From: a virus
Lineage: Duplodnaviria; Caudoviricetes
Strand: one strand, 5' to 3'
Length of the DNA: 36,984 nucleotides
IMG/VR virus record: IMGVR_UViG_3300026266_000001
Span: 1 to 36,984 of that record
Shown: positions 18,563 through 29,400 of the stretch, one piece after another
How positions within the stretch are numbered: position 1 is the first letter of the stretch
How the letters are laid out: each line of letters opens with the position of its first letter
Notes under the pieces: model-generated
The model's input: the letters and a program-made list of their open reading frames with translations, nothing else
The model's database searches: none
Told to the model about the DNA's origin: nothing
Made by a program: the position numbers and the translations under genes

Positions 18563-18594
18563 AATGACCTACTTTCCTTAATGTTTATTCTATT

Positions 18595-18603
18595 GCAACG
18601 CAC
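18595..18603 (-). promoter_or_regulatory. Late promoter-associated motif GTGCGTTGC upstream of the tail fibre gene
   Basis: One of a family of copies located just upstream of late genes. Confidence 0.55.
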
Positions 18604-18604
18604 T

Positions 18605-21600
18605 TTAATTGTTCTCTCTTATAAATTCTTCTGTTCCTTTATATAAATCTTCTATAAATGGAACATTATTAAATGGAATCATTGTTCTTATAGCTTTTCC
18701 TACATCTCTTTCATTCATGTTATCTCTATTAAACAGCAATTCATAAGCATTGTAAGGTATATGATATGGAGTACCACCTATTCTTCTTATTTTATCTACT
18801 TGATCGTTATCAAAAGGACTATTAACAAAGTTATATATACCTAATGATTCATCATTATCCATAAACATAGCTGAAACTCCATCTATCATTGTATCAGCGT
18901 TAAACATCCATGATGTTACACCAGCATATTCTAATGTTTTTGCAATTTGATAATCTATTGGTTGTTCATGAAACCAATCATATTTCATATTAAGCATTAA
19001 ATATGATAATGCTCCAGCAGTAGCTAAACCACTTTTAATGCCTGGTCCTCTGCCTTGCACATAAGGCCCTAATATTTTTTGTGCAGCTCCTACACCAAAA
19101 TTAAAAAACTGAAATGACATAGAAACCAATGGCATATAATACCTTGCGTTAATTGATACATCTCTTTGTATAGTACGAAACTCATCTGTTAATTCTTCTA
19201 TTTTTACCTTGTCTTTTCTTTTATAGGCTTTCGACAATTCATCAGATACCTTACTCAATTTTTTTTCTAATTTAATTCTTTTGCTTTTCCATCTTCTATT
19301 AGCTCCTGATCTATAATCTGGCATAGCGCTTCTCCAAAAACCAAGCATTTGGCCCGGTAATTGAGCAAGTTCTGGTGTCATAATAGTCATCTTAACTTCT
19401 GAGTTTATAGCGTACCCCCATTTTTTTGCTAATTTTTCCCCTGATTTACCTACCCATGTGTCAGGATCAACTTCATATAATTTTTGATTATTAATAGTAA
19501 CTTCTTTCCATGTTACTCCTTTTTCTTTTTTACCTATTGCTATAATATCATCTAAACTAAAACCTAGTGCTTGAAAGTTATCTAAATCATCAACTAATTC
19601 TTTTGTTGGTAGCGTTCTTCTACCATTAACTACTTTAATACCATTAGAAATTTTGATAGCTCTTGTTACAAAACTTTGTATAGCAAGATTTCCAGCAAAT
19701 TCTTTCATGTATACAGTTAAAGCACCAAGACCACTAACTTTATGAATTGCTCCACCACCTTTATCTAATAAATGTTCTAATGGTCCAAGATATTTACCAA
19801 CAACAGGGTATGCTCCATTTTCTGCAATATATCTTTTTGATACACTACCCATAGCCATTTCATTAATAACATCAAATCTCTGTAACATAGGTCTATTAAC
19901 TTTAAGAGTTAATTCTTTATACTCTTTACTTCTCATTAATCTTTGACCAGCTTGTTTTAATATTGGACCCCATTTGTATTGCCTTACAAGACCGTTTAAA
20001 TCAACAACAGCATTAAAAGCAAACTTACCAGCTACAGCCATAGCAGCAGCGTTTTTTAAACCTCTTGCTAATCTTGAATCCCATCTACCAGCTTGTGAAG
20101 AACTAACCATTGTTCCTAGTAAAGTATCTCTACTATCTTCAATATTTTGTATCATTGAAACTCTAATATTTTGGAGCTTTTGAAATTCTTTTTTTGATTT
20201 AGCTTTTGACATAGCTTCCATAAAAATGTTTTCAACTCTATCTATGATATTACCTAGCATAATATCTCCATCTCCAAACTTAGCCATTTCAATTCTTGCT
20301 CCCATTTTGGCTATATAATTTCTACCAAGCAACATAGGATCAGTTTCAGTTATTTGAGCTAATATTCGTTTAGGCAACGCAATTTGTCTGCCCATTAAAT
20401 ACCTACTACCGCCTTTATTTCTGCCTGTAACATTTTGAAATTGTCCATCACCCTCTTGCAATATATTATCTACAGTTTGCTTTGCTCTTATTCTTGCTTC
20501 TTTTAAAGGCCCAGCAAATGTTTTAGCTAATTCATCTTCTATCATTGTTCTGTATTGTCTAACTGCATTTATATCATAAACTATTGGTATGTAGTGTTCT
20601 TGATTTTTTGGAGGTCTAACAGGAGCATTAAGTTCTTCTTTTAATAATGCTTTATGATATGCAATCTCGTTTTTTACTTTACTCATTAGACTTTTAAGTT
20701 CTTCATAAACTTCTGGTCCATACTTAGTTTTTGATTTATCAAAAAGTTTTTCTCTACCTTTATATATTTCTAATCTTTTTTCTAATCTAGCTACTGTTTT
20801 TTTTAATCCTTCTGGGTTTTGTAGCAAACCTAATCTTTTTAATTCATTTCCAAATCGTTTGTACACACTTCTATTAACAACTGTACTTTTTTGTACTGTT
20901 TGAAATACTTTTTCTAATTCTTCATCGGATAATTTAGTTAAGCCTGGTATTACTTTTCGATATTCAGATAAAAATTCTTTTGCAGATTTTGCTGGCATGC
21001 CTGATTCCATAGTAATTACATGTCCTACATTTTTAAATGAAAATAACTCTGTATTAATCTTGTTTTTTAAAAGAGGTACTTTATTTAAACCTCTTTTAAA
21101 AAAATCTAATACTCTTGATGATTGCACAGCGCTATCATAAGTACCTCCTAATGATCCCACATCATTTTTTGATAGACTAATGTTATTAAGACTTGCGTAT
21201 AACTCTTTTTGGACTTGAAATATATTTTGTATTTCGCCATTCCAATTTGTTTTAGCTTTTGTATTAACAGATGCTTCTATTCCCTCGTCTACATTTCTAT
21301 TAACCAAATAAGAAAAATCACCTGACAATCCATGTGTAATATCAATTAATTCTTTTGCAGAAGTTTTTGATATTAATTCATCTTTTGCTAAAACATTAGC
21401 TATATCAAGGTTTTCATCATACCATGATCTTGATAATCCTAGTGGGTATTTAAAAACATTTCTAATAATACCAGACGCTTTAGCTCTTGTTGTGTCATCT
21501 TTTGGCCCACGCAATATTACTTCTCTATTTGGGTCCACATCAATATCAAAATATTTTTGATCTTTTGTTCTATCTAATGATGCTTTTACAACTGGTTCTC

Positions 21601-22330
21601 TTGTTCCTTTAGTAATATAGTTATCTACTTCATCCATAGCCTCATCTAAGATTTCATCTACTTCTTTTTGTATTGCTAGTTTTTCTGTTTTAGTTTTTGC
21701 ATTAGCTTTTAATTTAGCAAAAATAGGAGATAACGCACCTCCTAATAAAAATGATCCTCCTAATACTAATGGTAATTCTTTTTCTGGATCAGCTGTTGGG
21801 TCCATATTAACTCTTGCAACTTCCCACGGCGCTACTAATCCAGCTGTTCTTGTTCCAGAACTTAAAAAGTTTTTACCTAAATTTCTCATTATGTTTCCAC
21901 CCCATTCTACTTTTTTATATGGGTTAAAAAGAATTAAAGGGTCTTGGGCTAAAGATGTACCCCACACTAAAAATTTTTTAAAGGGATGCAGTTTGTCAAT
22001 TTCTTGTTTTGCATTTAAGTTTTGTCTTATGTTTTGTTCTCTAAGTTGTAACTCTTGTATGTTTTTTGAATCATATAATTCTTCTGGGTATTGACTTCTT
22101 AAATATGGATCAGAGCTATCCCACCAATCAAAATTTTCATCTATTCCAAATTCTTTAATTGCTTGTATTTGATCCATATCTGACGCAAACTCAGACAATG
22201 GTAATGTTTGCCAAAGCAAACCTACAGCTTTAGTAAATGTAGGAGCATTGTCTATATCGTCTTGTGTTCCATCAAATGCTCTTGGCACTCTTATAACTGG
22301 TTCATCAGGTTGTTGTTCAAATATTGGCAT
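18605..22330 (-). CDS. Internal virion (ejection) protein, T7 gp16 position
   Basis: 1241-aa mostly helical protein, syntenic between the gp15-like gene and the tail fibre. Confidence 0.65.
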   Translation of the reverse strand: MPIFEQQPDEPVIRVPRAFDGTQDDIDNAPTFTKAVGLLWQTLPLSEFASDMDQIQAIKEFGIDENFDWWDSSDPYLRSQYPEELYDSKNIQELQLREQNIRQNLNAKQEIDKLHPFKKFLVWGTSLAQDPLILFNPYKKVEWGGNIMRNLGKNFLSSGTRTAGLVAPWEVARVNMDPTADPEKELPLVLGGSFLLGGALSPIFAKLKANAKTKTEKLAIQKEVDEILDEAMDEVDNYITKGTREPVVKASLDRTKDQKYFDIDVDPNREVILRGPKDDTTRAKASGIIRNVFKYPLGLSRSWYDENLDIANVLAKDELISKTSAKELIDITHGLSGDFSYLVNRNVDEGIEASVNTKAKTNWNGEIQNIFQVQKELYASLNNISLSKNDVGSLGGTYDSAVQSSRVLDFFKRGLNKVPLLKNKINTELFSFKNVGHVITMESGMPAKSAKEFLSEYRKVIPGLTKLSDEELEKVFQTVQKSTVVNRSVYKRFGNELKRLGLLQNPEGLKKTVARLEKRLEIYKGREKLFDKSKTKYGPEVYEELKSLMSKVKNEIAYHKALLKEELNAPVRPPKNQEHYIPIVYDINAVRQYRTMIEDELAKTFAGPLKEARIRAKQTVDNILQEGDGQFQNVTGRNKGGSRYLMGRQIALPKRILAQITETDPMLLGRNYIAKMGARIEMAKFGDGDIMLGNIIDRVENIFMEAMSKAKSKKEFQKLQNIRVSMIQNIEDSRDTLLGTMVSSSQAGRWDSRLARGLKNAAAMAVAGKFAFNAVVDLNGLVRQYKWGPILKQAGQRLMRSKEYKELTLKVNRPMLQRFDVINEMAMGSVSKRYIAENGAYPVVGKYLGPLEHLLDKGGGAIHKVSGLGALTVYMKEFAGNLAIQSFVTRAIKISNGIKVVNGRRTLPTKELVDDLDNFQALGFSLDDIIAIGKKEKGVTWKEVTINNQKLYEVDPDTWVGKSGEKLAKKWGYAINSEVKMTIMTPELAQLPGQMLGFWRSAMPDYRSGANRRWKSKRIKLEKKLSKVSDELSKAYKRKDKVKIEELTDEFRTIQRDVSINARYYMPLVSMSFQFFNFGVGAAQKILGPYVQGRGPGIKSGLATAGALSYLMLNMKYDWFHEQPIDYQIAKTLEYAGVTSWMFNADTMIDGVSAMFMDNDESLGIYNFVNSPFDNDQVDKIRRIGGTPYHIPYNAYELLFNRDNMNERDVGKAIRTMIPFNNVPFIEDLYKGTEEFIRENN

Positions 22331-24619
22331 TTACATTGGTAATGGATTGTTAACCATTTCTCTCATAATTTTTCTTCTTAATTCCCTAAGTCGTATTTTA
22401 TCTTCTATCTCTGGAGTTATTTCTTTAGGTAATGACTCTATAAAACTTTCTTCATATAATAATAAATTCTGATTATTTTCATTGTACAAAGGTGAAGCAA
22501 CACCAGATTCAGGATTTATAAAATAAGCATGATATGTGTTTACAAACTGTTCTTTTTCTGTGTCGTAGAATAAACCAACATCTTCAAACTTAATATTTTT
22601 TGGTGTAAAGTTTTCTGTTAATTCTCCATTTTCCCCAGTAAATAAATTTCTGTTAAATACTGCTTTCTTAATGTTTTGAAATTCATCGTTAGCGAAATTT
22701 TCTGGTATAATGCTATATACACTTGAAACTCCGTTTATATTATTTTCATCAAGCCTAAAGTTATCGGCAAACATATCCATAGCTTTATTAATAACTTCAT
22801 CAAACTCATTTTTACCTATGCTTTCTTCGTTAACTCCAATCTTTAATCTTAATTGAGTCATAATTGCTGTATCAATATAATCTTTTAAATTAGGGTTTGC
22901 TAATATTGTTTGAGCCAAAACATTTCTAACACGCTCTTTATCTCCCACACCCCATCTATCAGTAAAGCCCATTTTTTCAAAAGTTTCAAAGTCTGTTCTT
23001 GCAAAAAGATTTTTTGCAAAACTAGGATTTCTTATATAATCTCCAACAGATTCATTATCTCCTTCTTCTTTAACAATAATAGCATTAAAATTAAAAGGTT
23101 CTTGACTAAAAACAGTTCTATGTTTTTCAGCTGGAGTATCTCCATATACATCAGTATAGTTAAATTCTTTCATAAATTTTATTATGGCTAAACTTTCTTT
23201 ATCTTCTCCTACTTGAAAATTTAAAGGGTTAGCTGATTGAGCTTCTAATGAAATTATTGCGTTTTGTAATACAAGAAAAGTTTCTCCAGTTACATCTCCC
23301 TCTGCTAAATCATATAAATGTTTAGAAAGTTTTGTTCCAATAAATCCTGTTTTACTTGGTCCATCTTCACTTGTTAACAACCAAGATACTATTTTTGAGT
23401 TTCTTTCTGTTGTGTTTTGACTATTTTCTGTTGCTGATATTATTGATTCAACATAATAATTATCTAAAGATGTCATATTCTTTTGATCGACAGTTGTATT
23501 TAGTTGTACACCACCACGAGTATCTTCTGATTTAACTGTTCTTTTACTTAATATTTCTATTGTGTTTTCTAAATCTATTTCTTTTTCAACATTTTCCAAC
23601 CAACCATTTAATTCAGCTTCTAGTCTTATATAGCTATCTGCTTCTATGAAGTTTTCTTGAAACATAGTTTTTGCTGTATATGATTTGCCCTCAATAAATA
23701 TTTCTGGTTTAGTTCCGTCTAATAAACTTATAATATCTTTAATTTCTGTTTTTCTTAGGTCTAAAGGTTTGTTTGTATATGTGCCTGAAATTATAATTCC
23801 AGTTGCTATATCTTCTATAATTTTATTAGATTGAGTTCCAAGTGTATAACTTTTAAAGTTTTGAAGTCTACTTGCTAACTCTAACTCACCGTTTTTTACA
23901 GTTGTTAGTATTTCTTCTATTGTTTTTGCTGATGCAATATTTTCTCTAAATGTTATTTTATGAGCATTTTCTATTTTATTTGCACTTTCTCTTTCAGATA
24001 ATTTTTGCGATACATTACTTATTTCATTTCTAAATACATCTCTTTTTTGATTAATGTGTATTTCAATTTCTTTTAAATCTGCTTCTGAAAAATTGTTATA
24101 TACATCTTCCCCAAGTTGTTCTTTTATTGCACTCATTGTTGTTTTTACTGTATCATCACTTAAGTATGCAGATATATCTACAACCTTACCATCTGCAGTA
24201 AACAAACCATTACCTCTGATTTCTGCTGCTCTGCCTGTTATTATATCTTGAGCAATATATTTTGCTTCTAATTTATTAGAGTCGTTTTGTACTTTTATGC
24301 TATCTCCAATAATTGTATTTCTTAATTGAGCTTTTTCATAATCACTTAAATTTGGATTTGTGTTTAAGTCTGTTAAAAATGTTGTTTCATCAAATTTACC
24401 ATTTTTGTCAAATTCATTTCTTTTATACCTTAATTGGTAATTTTGGTAATCAGGATGTTTTGATTCATTAGGTTCATTTCTTCGTAATGATTGTGTTAGT
24501 GTTTGACCTACATCTGATATAGCTTGACCAATACCTTGTGCTGCTTGAAATCCTGTATCTGATCTAGCTATTCCTATATTTCCTATTGATGTCATTAATC
24601 TTTTATTTTTTATTGTCAT
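22331..24619 (-). CDS. Internal virion protein, T7 gp15 position
   Basis: 762 aa; N-terminal AAQGIGQAISDVG; synteny. Confidence 0.6.
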   Translation of the reverse strand: MTIKNKRLMTSIGNIGIARSDTGFQAAQGIGQAISDVGQTLTQSLRRNEPNESKHPDYQNYQLRYKRNEFDKNGKFDETTFLTDLNTNPNLSDYEKAQLRNTIIGDSIKVQNDSNKLEAKYIAQDIITGRAAEIRGNGLFTADGKVVDISAYLSDDTVKTTMSAIKEQLGEDVYNNFSEADLKEIEIHINQKRDVFRNEISNVSQKLSERESANKIENAHKITFRENIASAKTIEEILTTVKNGELELASRLQNFKSYTLGTQSNKIIEDIATGIIISGTYTNKPLDLRKTEIKDIISLLDGTKPEIFIEGKSYTAKTMFQENFIEADSYIRLEAELNGWLENVEKEIDLENTIEILSKRTVKSEDTRGGVQLNTTVDQKNMTSLDNYYVESIISATENSQNTTERNSKIVSWLLTSEDGPSKTGFIGTKLSKHLYDLAEGDVTGETFLVLQNAIISLEAQSANPLNFQVGEDKESLAIIKFMKEFNYTDVYGDTPAEKHRTVFSQEPFNFNAIIVKEEGDNESVGDYIRNPSFAKNLFARTDFETFEKMGFTDRWGVGDKERVRNVLAQTILANPNLKDYIDTAIMTQLRLKIGVNEESIGKNEFDEVINKAMDMFADNFRLDENNINGVSSVYSIIPENFANDEFQNIKKAVFNRNLFTGENGELTENFTPKNIKFEDVGLFYDTEKEQFVNTYHAYFINPESGVASPLYNENNQNLLLYEESFIESLPKEITPEIEDKIRLRELRRKIMREMVNNPLPM

Positions 24620-24621
24620 AA

Positions 24622-25038
24622 CTAACCTTTATAATCTGCATACCCACCCATTAATGTACCACCAGCTTTTATTAGTGAAGCTGTTTGAGCTGCACTACCA
24701 GCTTGTCTTGTAGCAATACCAGTTCTTCTTAAAGAATCTATTTTTAATAAACTTTTTGTTTTTGATGTTACTACATCTTTTTGTTGTCTTTCTAAATTAT
24801 CATCTATGACTGCTAAATCTGATTCTCCACCAGACATCATAGTTAAATTAGCATTTAAAATTTTTTGATTTTCCCTTACTATTGCATTTTCTTCTGCAAT
24901 AGCATTTAGTCTTTCATTTTCTTCTTGTATTTTTAATTCGTACGCTTGTTGTTTGGCTTGTGCTTTCGCCATCTTACCAGAATACAACATACCAAATGCA
25001 CTAATTCCAGCTGCTACTAAATATAAAGGATTAGACAT
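24622..25038 (-). CDS. Internal virion protein, T7 gp14-like
   Basis: Ala/Gly/Gln-rich with hydrophobic N-terminus; follows tail tube B. Confidence 0.65.
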   Translation of the reverse strand: MSNPLYLVAAGISAFGMLYSGKMAKAQAKQQAYELKIQEENERLNAIAEENAIVRENQKILNANLTMMSGGESDLAVIDDNLERQQKDVVTSKTKSLLKIDSLRRTGIATRQAGSAAQTASLIKAGGTLMGGYADYKG

Positions 25039-27533
25039 TATACTGTTACCTCACTTACTAATTGCATTACTCCACATGATGCTGGTAATGTCTGTGTTAT
25101 TTGAATTGTTGGGTCCTGAGAATAACCTAACAATCTAAAATCCTGTTTGCCATCTACTCTAGCTGGGTCCTGTTGTATAAGGCCAGATGCAGTAGTCCTG
25201 TTAAATAATGTTCTACCATTAACAGACATTGACAATGCTCCCTCAGTTTCTACTTTCACTCTTGTTATTCTCCTCATGTTGCCAGTCAATTCACTTCCGG
25301 GATATTGAAAATCTACTGGCATAGTTTCCAAGTTCATAAAATATGAATATCCTATATATGCTTTATCACCATTTGATAAGTTCAGCAAATTTGAATCCAA
25401 TGTTCCTGTACCTGATACAGTTTGTGTTCCTCTGTAAGAGCCGTCATTTTTGATTACATGGACAGTTTTGTTATAATGATGTGCTGGTATACCTATAATT
25501 GTATTATTGGCTACAGTAACCTCGTATGCGTCATCTAAATGACATTCATTTGTAGAGTCTATTTCATCAAAGTTTGTAAACTTCTCTAAAGAGATAACTC
25601 CATTTCTATCTGTAACCCAAAATATATTTTCGTTAACAGCACACATAGACATAACTCTATCTAAGTGACCATCGGTACTAGCTGTTTGTCCTGACGCATC
25701 CCATAGTACCCATCCAAGTATAGATTCAGATAGAACAGTATGACATACAGCCACAGTACCATCTGTATTTACAAAGAAAATATATTCCTCAGGTCTGGTA
25801 TCAGAACCACCGAAACTACATATATCGATAGGAGTATTAATAAGATGGCTAGACCGTATGGAAACATCTCTTGGTGCAAAAGCTCCAGCAGATACTCTTT
25901 CCAAATCTCTAACAGTTCTACCATTCCTTTGTACATAAAAAGTGTTACCATTACATATATGAGGATTAGTTCGTGTTGATCCATAGCCTGTCATCCTTTC
26001 GATTTGAATATTCGTTGGAGTGAGAGGAGTACCAGCATCTTGTATAACAAGAAACTCTCCACCACTTGTAAGTATTTCTAATCCTTTGTTTGACACAATA
26101 TGATATATTTCGTTTAATTGATTTGATGCTACAATAGTTTGGACACTATCATTGTCCGCAGCAGTACCGACATCAAAGTTATAGTAATCTCCTGACTGTG
26201 AACCGAATAAAGCATCTGGTTGATTTGTTGTTCCACCAAACCATAATCTATTTTGATGGAATGTTATTGCTCTTGGATAACCATTTCTTGAACAGAATGA
26301 TTGTTCTTTCCATTCTCTTGATGCTGGTAGATTAGCTCCAGTAATCTTAACTCCAGCTCCTCCAAAATCTCTGGACCCATTACCATTAGGATCAACATTA
26401 GCTGATGTTCCTGTATATCCAGTTACTTCATGTGATGAATTGTATACTGCCCATGCAGATATAGCATTACTACCTACACTAAATCCTGTTGCTACATTAT
26501 AAGTACTACCTCCAGGCAAGAAGAATCCAAAGTTACCAGCACCTTGCGATATGTTTATTGTTGTATCTGATCCAATCATAAAGTGATCGTCATCAATAAC
26601 CCTTTGTATTTGGAAGTTACCATTAAGTCCTGATCTTTGTATAAGACCTGGCTCTCCAGCAAATCCAGTTAAAGACAATGTATCACCAGCTTTAAAGCCA
26701 TGATTAACTAATGTAACCTCTACTGTATTTTCTCCAGCAGTAGACCTAAATGGATTTAATGGTAGCTCTATTTCAAGTCTGTCTTTTACAATACCATTAG
26801 CTTGTGTACCATCTACTACTGTATGTATCTCTATTTCCTTACCATGCCATAGTATTGACTCCTTGTTAGTAGCCATGCTACTTGTAAAAAAAGAATCACT
26901 AGCAAGTAAACTAATGTCACCAACATTGGAGCTAGGTTTAATGGTAACATCACTACTTGCTAGCTTTGAGTAGGGTTGATAGATTTCATATAAGTCTACT
27001 GTTCCACCATTACCAGTATATGTAAATTGTGTCACATTAGATGATTTCTTAAATTCTAATTTCTTTGCAGTAAATGAAGATGAACTTACTCTCTCTACTA
27101 TAATAGGATTAAATGATTCATGGGTAAAAATAAATGTGTCGGCTTGTTGGGCGTATGTAAACTCATGTATGTTGTTTGCATCAATAGGTATAGCTGGAGT
27201 TGTTGATCCATCTGTATATGTTGATATAGTTGATATAGGTGTTTGACTTATTACATCATAAACAACAATCTTACCTATTTGAAATAAGAAAAGATATTCT
27301 TGTGTTTCATTAAATACAAATGGTTCTACTCTAGCATGAGTAGTAGTACCAGTTAATTCATCCCAATGTAGAGTACCTGGCCTCCTAAATACTGATCCTT
27401 GTGATGTTATTAATCCGTTTCTAAGTTTTTGACAGCCAGCAGCATAAGCTGGTTGGTCTGTCCTTGCTTTCATACGAGGGTCCAATTCGCCTACAGTAAA
27501 ATCTGTTTGTACAAATTTTATCTTTTTAGCCAT
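25038..27533 (-). CDS. Tail tubular protein B (T7 gp12-like nozzle)
   Basis: QTDFTVGELDP, GSVFRRPGT, YAQQAD and GYPRAITFHQNRLWFGG motifs. Confidence 0.9.
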   Translation of the reverse strand: MAKKIKFVQTDFTVGELDPRMKARTDQPAYAAGCQKLRNGLITSQGSVFRRPGTLHWDELTGTTTHARVEPFVFNETQEYLFLFQIGKIVVYDVISQTPISTISTYTDGSTTPAIPIDANNIHEFTYAQQADTFIFTHESFNPIIVERVSSSSFTAKKLEFKKSSNVTQFTYTGNGGTVDLYEIYQPYSKLASSDVTIKPSSNVGDISLLASDSFFTSSMATNKESILWHGKEIEIHTVVDGTQANGIVKDRLEIELPLNPFRSTAGENTVEVTLVNHGFKAGDTLSLTGFAGEPGLIQRSGLNGNFQIQRVIDDDHFMIGSDTTINISQGAGNFGFFLPGGSTYNVATGFSVGSNAISAWAVYNSSHEVTGYTGTSANVDPNGNGSRDFGGAGVKITGANLPASREWKEQSFCSRNGYPRAITFHQNRLWFGGTTNQPDALFGSQSGDYYNFDVGTAADNDSVQTIVASNQLNEIYHIVSNKGLEILTSGGEFLVIQDAGTPLTPTNIQIERMTGYGSTRTNPHICNGNTFYVQRNGRTVRDLERVSAGAFAPRDVSIRSSHLINTPIDICSFGGSDTRPEEYIFFVNTDGTVAVCHTVLSESILGWVLWDASGQTASTDGHLDRVMSMCAVNENIFWVTDRNGVISLEKFTNFDEIDSTNECHLDDAYEVTVANNTIIGIPAHHYNKTVHVIKNDGSYRGTQTVSGTGTLDSNLLNLSNGDKAYIGYSYFMNLETMPVDFQYPGSELTGNMRRITRVKVETEGALSMSVNGRTLFNRTTASGLIQQDPARVDGKQDFRLLGYSQDPTIQITQTLPASCGVMQLVSEVTV

Positions 27534-28159
27534 TAGAATCTCCTAGCAAGTGTCCGTGAGTTACCTCTAAACTTAGCATATCTATCCATTCTTAATCTTT
27601 CAGATGTAGTTTGTTGAGCATCTACATTCCTTGCTAATAGATATTGTCTTTGTGCTTTTTCTTCAAAGAGTGCTGATTTGTTTTCATCTTCTGCTATTGC
27701 TCCAGCAAATACAGAAGCTAAATGAAATTGTAATGCTGTAATAAAGTATGGTGGAAATGTAGTTGTGTCTGGTCTATATGTATATTCAGCTATAACTTTG
27801 TCATTAACACCAGCATTACAGAATAACTTCTCTGTAAATATTTCGTATTGTATTGGGTTACCATTAACAGTAACGCCATGTATCATAATTGATTCTTGTG
27901 GTATTTGATAAGCAGCATCATACCTATCGTCATCTATTGGAGTTTCTGTTAGCCTTGATAACTGTGTTATGTTCGAGGCAAACCTCCATCGTGTCTGTGT
28001 GAGAGCTGTTCTTACAATATCTTCATACAGATTCTGTGCTACTTGGGATTCAGTTGTTGTTCCAGAAAACGACGAAATCGGTGATGCACCGATTAGAACT
28101 AATCCTCTTGAGGCTATGTCTATGTCACTCCCTGAGGGAGTTGATGTTGTTGTTGTCAT
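27533..28159 (-). CDS. Tail tubular protein A (T7 gp11-like adaptor)
   Basis: DIASRGLVLIGASPISS...WRFA...YQIP...FPPYFITAL. Confidence 0.85.
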   Translation of the reverse strand: MTTTTSTPSGSDIDIASRGLVLIGASPISSFSGTTTESQVAQNLYEDIVRTALTQTRWRFASNITQLSRLTETPIDDDRYDAAYQIPQESIMIHGVTVNGNPIQYEIFTEKLFCNAGVNDKVIAEYTYRPDTTTFPPYFITALQFHLASVFAGAIAEDENKSALFEEKAQRQYLLARNVDAQQTTSERLRMDRYAKFRGNSRTLARRF

Positions 28160-28166
28160 GTAATTT

Positions 28167-28197
28167 TAGGGGTAGCTGCGAACGCTCACTACCCCTA
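28167..28197. other. Intergenic hairpin after the capsid cluster (terminator or processing site)
   Basis: TAGGGGTAG / CTACCCCTA stem; no U-tract on the coding (-) strand. Confidence 0.45.
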
Positions 28198-28207
28198 TCC
28201 TTTTTGG

Positions 28208-28453
28208 TTAAGCTAACGCAGTAGTTGTTACGGTTGCATTGCCAGTAGTTGATGAAACTGTAATTACATCAACAGCAGCAGTACCTCCAGTAGCTGAAAC
28301 AACAAGAATAATATCAAATTGTTTCAAATTGTTAGTAACATCATTAAAATAACCAGAGCCAGTTATAGTACCAACGGCATCAGCTGATTTGTAATACCAA
28401 ATAGCTGGTGAAGTACCACCGACTTTTTTCAATTCTGAGTCTGATAAAGCCAT
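28208..28453 (-). CDS. Small virion protein (possible head decoration protein)
   Basis: 81 aa, directly after the capsid gene; WYYKSADAVGTITGSGYFND; RBS AGGAG. Confidence 0.65.
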   Translation of the reverse strand: MALSDSELKKVGGTSPAIWYYKSADAVGTITGSGYFNDVTNNLKQFDIILVVSATGGTAAVDVITVSSTTGNATVTTTALA

Positions 28454-28462
28454 GTTTTACTC

Positions 28463-29290
28463 CTATACCGATTCGTCTATAACGACTTCCCATATACCAG
28501 CAGTATCGACAGCGATCGATCCCATTGACATATAAGAGGTTACAAGGTTACTAACTTTTTCTGGAATGTAGTTTACTTCCGTTCTAACATCCGATCCTGT
28601 AGCAGTACCAATAGCTGATTTGTGGTAAGCAAAACATTTTCTATCATTAGTTGAGATAGGTAATGCAGAGTGCATAAAGAATGTAAAGCCTAGCCAGTTT
28701 TTAGCTGTGACACCACTTGGGAAAGGTAAACCGCCAGCGCCAATGTAGTCTGTGTTAACAAACTCATCGATACCTAGTAGGTCAGCCCATCCCTCTGGAG
28801 ATACAATAAAGTATCTGTTTCCATCGTCAGGGATGTCAGCTTCGTTCATGGCTACAAAAGTAGATAATACTTTAGCTTTTGTAAGACCAGCTGAACCAGC
28901 TGCAATAGTTGAACCGTTACCAGCGTCAAGAGCAGCAATGATAAGGTCATCAGTCTTTCTTCCTAATGCGTTTGCAGCATTAGTAGCGACTACTTGTCTT
29001 TCATCAATGTTTGTCTTGAGTAGGTCTAGTGTATCAATGTAGTCAGCTGCATAGTAATCAGACAATGTGACATCTACATTAGTATGTACGAGGTCCATGC
29101 TTGACACTTCTGCATGTCTTGACTTAGTGACCGCCTCACCTTTGCCGACTTTTTGGAATCGAGCTGTTGAGCCAGTTACATTGTTCACTTGGCGAGTTGT
29201 GTTTCTGAGTTTAGAACCAGCTCTTTGATAAGCAAGGTGGACTTCACTCTCGAACTGCGTAATAAACGCTTGATCTATAGTTAATGCCAT
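28463..29290 (-). CDS. Major capsid protein
   Basis: AFITQF..EVHLAYQ..GSKLR, ANALGRKTDDLII and IPDDGNRY motifs; synteny; RBS AAGGAG. Confidence 0.9.
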   Translation of the reverse strand: MALTIDQAFITQFESEVHLAYQRAGSKLRNTTRQVNNVTGSTARFQKVGKGEAVTKSRHAEVSSMDLVHTNVDVTLSDYYAADYIDTLDLLKTNIDERQVVATNAANALGRKTDDLIIAALDAGNGSTIAAGSAGLTKAKVLSTFVAMNEADIPDDGNRYFIVSPEGWADLLGIDEFVNTDYIGAGGLPFPSGVTAKNWLGFTFFMHSALPISTNDRKCFAYHKSAIGTATGSDVRTEVNYIPEKVSNLVTSYMSMGSIAVDTAGIWEVVIDESV

Positions 29291-29400
29291 AGATACTCTC
29301 CTTTAAGTTAGAGTTAATAAAATACCTCCTGTTATCCTAATGTACTGGTTCCAATTATCCTAAGGAATAGGGTTGGTCATCTACCTTTGGGCAGTTAACA

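Noticed and set aside
16148-18581. Several short + strand ORFs opposite the fibre genes
   Set aside because: Stop-poor antisense frames caused by codon bias in the real genes.
28208-28470. T7-style programmed frameshift extension of the capsid protein
   Set aside because: No slippery sequence noticed, and the downstream gene has its own RBS and ATG.
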